Made by a program: the position numbers and the translations under genes. A stretch of DNA of 40,347 nt from a virus: UHGV virus genome UHGV-0039399; one strand, 5' to 3'. The notes under the pieces were generated by a model that worked only from the letters and a program-made list of their open reading frames with translations, ran no database searches and was not told the origin of the DNA. The stretch's first letter is position 1. Each line of letters begins with the position of its first letter. This document shows positions 39,229 through 40,347 of this stretch, piece after piece.

Positions 39229-40347
39229 TTAGAAATAAGTGTTAAAGTCTGGTACTTCGCCTTTTTTACCTTCGCTTGCTGCGTTGGTTGCCATCGGCGC
39301 GGCTTTGCCCAGGGATTTAAACATTGCTTCTAGCGCTTCACCACTTAATGCGTTAGCAACAATTTCGCCGTGCACTTTTGCTACTGCGGCGCGTTTTTCT
39401 GCTACTTCCTTATCTGCGTTTGCTGCGATCTCTTCTTTAATCGCTTTCTGATTGGTCTGTAACTCTTCTACGCTTGCCTGTACTGGTTTAAGCGCTTCAG
39501 CGATTGCATTAGCCATATTTGCGGTGATGCTTTCGTTAATTTCTTTCACCAGTTCGGCGCGTTCTTCTTTGGTCAAAGGCATGGGTTCACCCTCCGATTT
39601 ATTGGCCTTAATTTTTTCATTCAGGGAGAAAAGATTAGATAGGTGTTCAGCAAACTGCGTAAACCAGGATTTACTTTCCTCATTGGTTGCAAGCTCGCCA
39701 TTATTGAGAATTATTTTATCAGCCTGTTTTTCATACGTGCAAACTTGAGCACTTTCTTCGTTAGTAGCAATGGTCACTTCTTTGTCTGTGAAGTCCACGA
39801 CGTAGACATAATCTGCATCCTTGAACAGTTCACGCGCCGCTTCTTCCAATTGTTTTTCAAGCGTGCGATAGCTGTTTTCTTTCATTGCCACCGCCATTAA
39901 AGGCTTCGCCTGGTCAGTGTTAACCATCAGGCCAACGCCCTGTTCAGGTGATGCGGCTGGCGGTTCATGCAGTAAGATAGCGTCATGGTCAATCGACATG
40001 ATTTTAACCACGCTGTCAGCGCCCTGTGCCTTCATCTCTTCGGTGGCTGGCATACGCTGGCGATATACGGCAACAGATGACCAGATCGGATCTTTGCTTT
40101 CGCCTTTTTCCAGTGCTTCAAGTCGGCTTAATAATTCGCGGCCTTGTTCTGAATGGCTGGCTGTTTCAACATCCACCCATTTTTCCACATAGACACGATT
40201 GCCGCGTAATTCAACATTTCTGTTCCATGCTCCACAAAAGCCAATATTCAGACCTTCCGGGCTAAATGCTGAAACGAATTCACCGTTAACCGTAGGATGG
40301 CCCAGCGGTGCGAGCGTGCCTTCCAGAGATTGATAATTAGCAATGAT
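39229..40347 (-). CDS. head scaffold / maturation protease-type protein, 5'-truncated at the window edge
   Basis: Reading frame stays open to position 40347 beyond the track's GTG start at 40188; C-terminal region is coiled-coil, acidic and Ala/Glu/Lys-rich like scaffolds. Confidence 0.55.
   Translation of the reverse strand: MIANYQSLEGTLAPLGHPTVNGEFVSAFSPEGLNIGFCGAWNRNVELRGNRVYVEKWVDVETASHSEQGRELLSRLEALEKGESKDPIWSSVAVYRQRMPATEEMKAQGADSVVKIMSIDHDAILLHEPPAASPEQGVGLMVNTDQAKPLMAVAMKENSYRTLEKQLEEAARELFKDADYVYVVDFTDKEVTIATNEESAQVCTYEKQADKIILNNGELATNEESKSWFTQFAEHLSNLFSLNEKIKANKSEGEPMPLTKEERAELVKEINESITANMANAIAEALKPVQASVEELQTNQKAIKEEIAANADKEVAEKRAAVAKVHGEIVANALSGEALEAMFKSLGKAAPMATNAASEGKKGEVPDFNTYF

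Noticed and set aside
1-40347. Possibility that the window is an integrated prophage with bacterial flanks, tRNA or rRNA genes
   Set aside because: No tRNA-like or rRNA-like sequence and no recognisable housekeeping gene was seen; the att-like region is internal, between the tail fiber gene and int, as in phage-form DNA.

Overview
This 40.3 kb window reads as a near-complete temperate lambdoid siphovirus genome with mosaic ancestry, not ordinary chromosome. All calls are from reading the sequence and ORF track; no database search was run. Coordinates 1-7700 (minus strand) hold a leftward early operon: a P22 gene-24-like N antiterminator behind a candidate PL/nutL, Erf recombinase, SSB, many small accessory genes, a Dam-type and a Dcm-like methyltransferase. 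A CI-type repressor sits at 7973-8620. The rightward operon (8926-16854) carries an O-like replication initiator with an embedded iteron origin, Rha, an HTH-metallophosphoesterase fusion, a primase-helicase, NinB and an excisionase-like gene. It converges on a tyrosine integrase (16812-18011) flanked by an attP-like repeat region. The rest (18325-40347, minus strand) is a late morphogenesis operon with clear lambda homologs (J, I, K, L, M), tape measure, tail tube, neck and head genes, ending in a truncated scaffold/protease gene. Because the tail fiber, att-like region and int are contiguous and no bacterial flanks are present, this looks like phage-form DNA. The most unusual feature is three opposite-strand gene cassettes, each with its own promoter-like region and terminator, inserted between L/M, M/tape-measure and tape-measure/chaperone; the L-M cassette has the small-acidic-proteins-plus-HTH layout typical of anti-defense loci. 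Other notable features are the much-expanded coiled-coil stalk of J, a tail fiber with a C-terminal self-cleaving chaperone domain, and a Cor-like lipoprotein next to J. No rRNA, tRNA or CRISPR array was seen.
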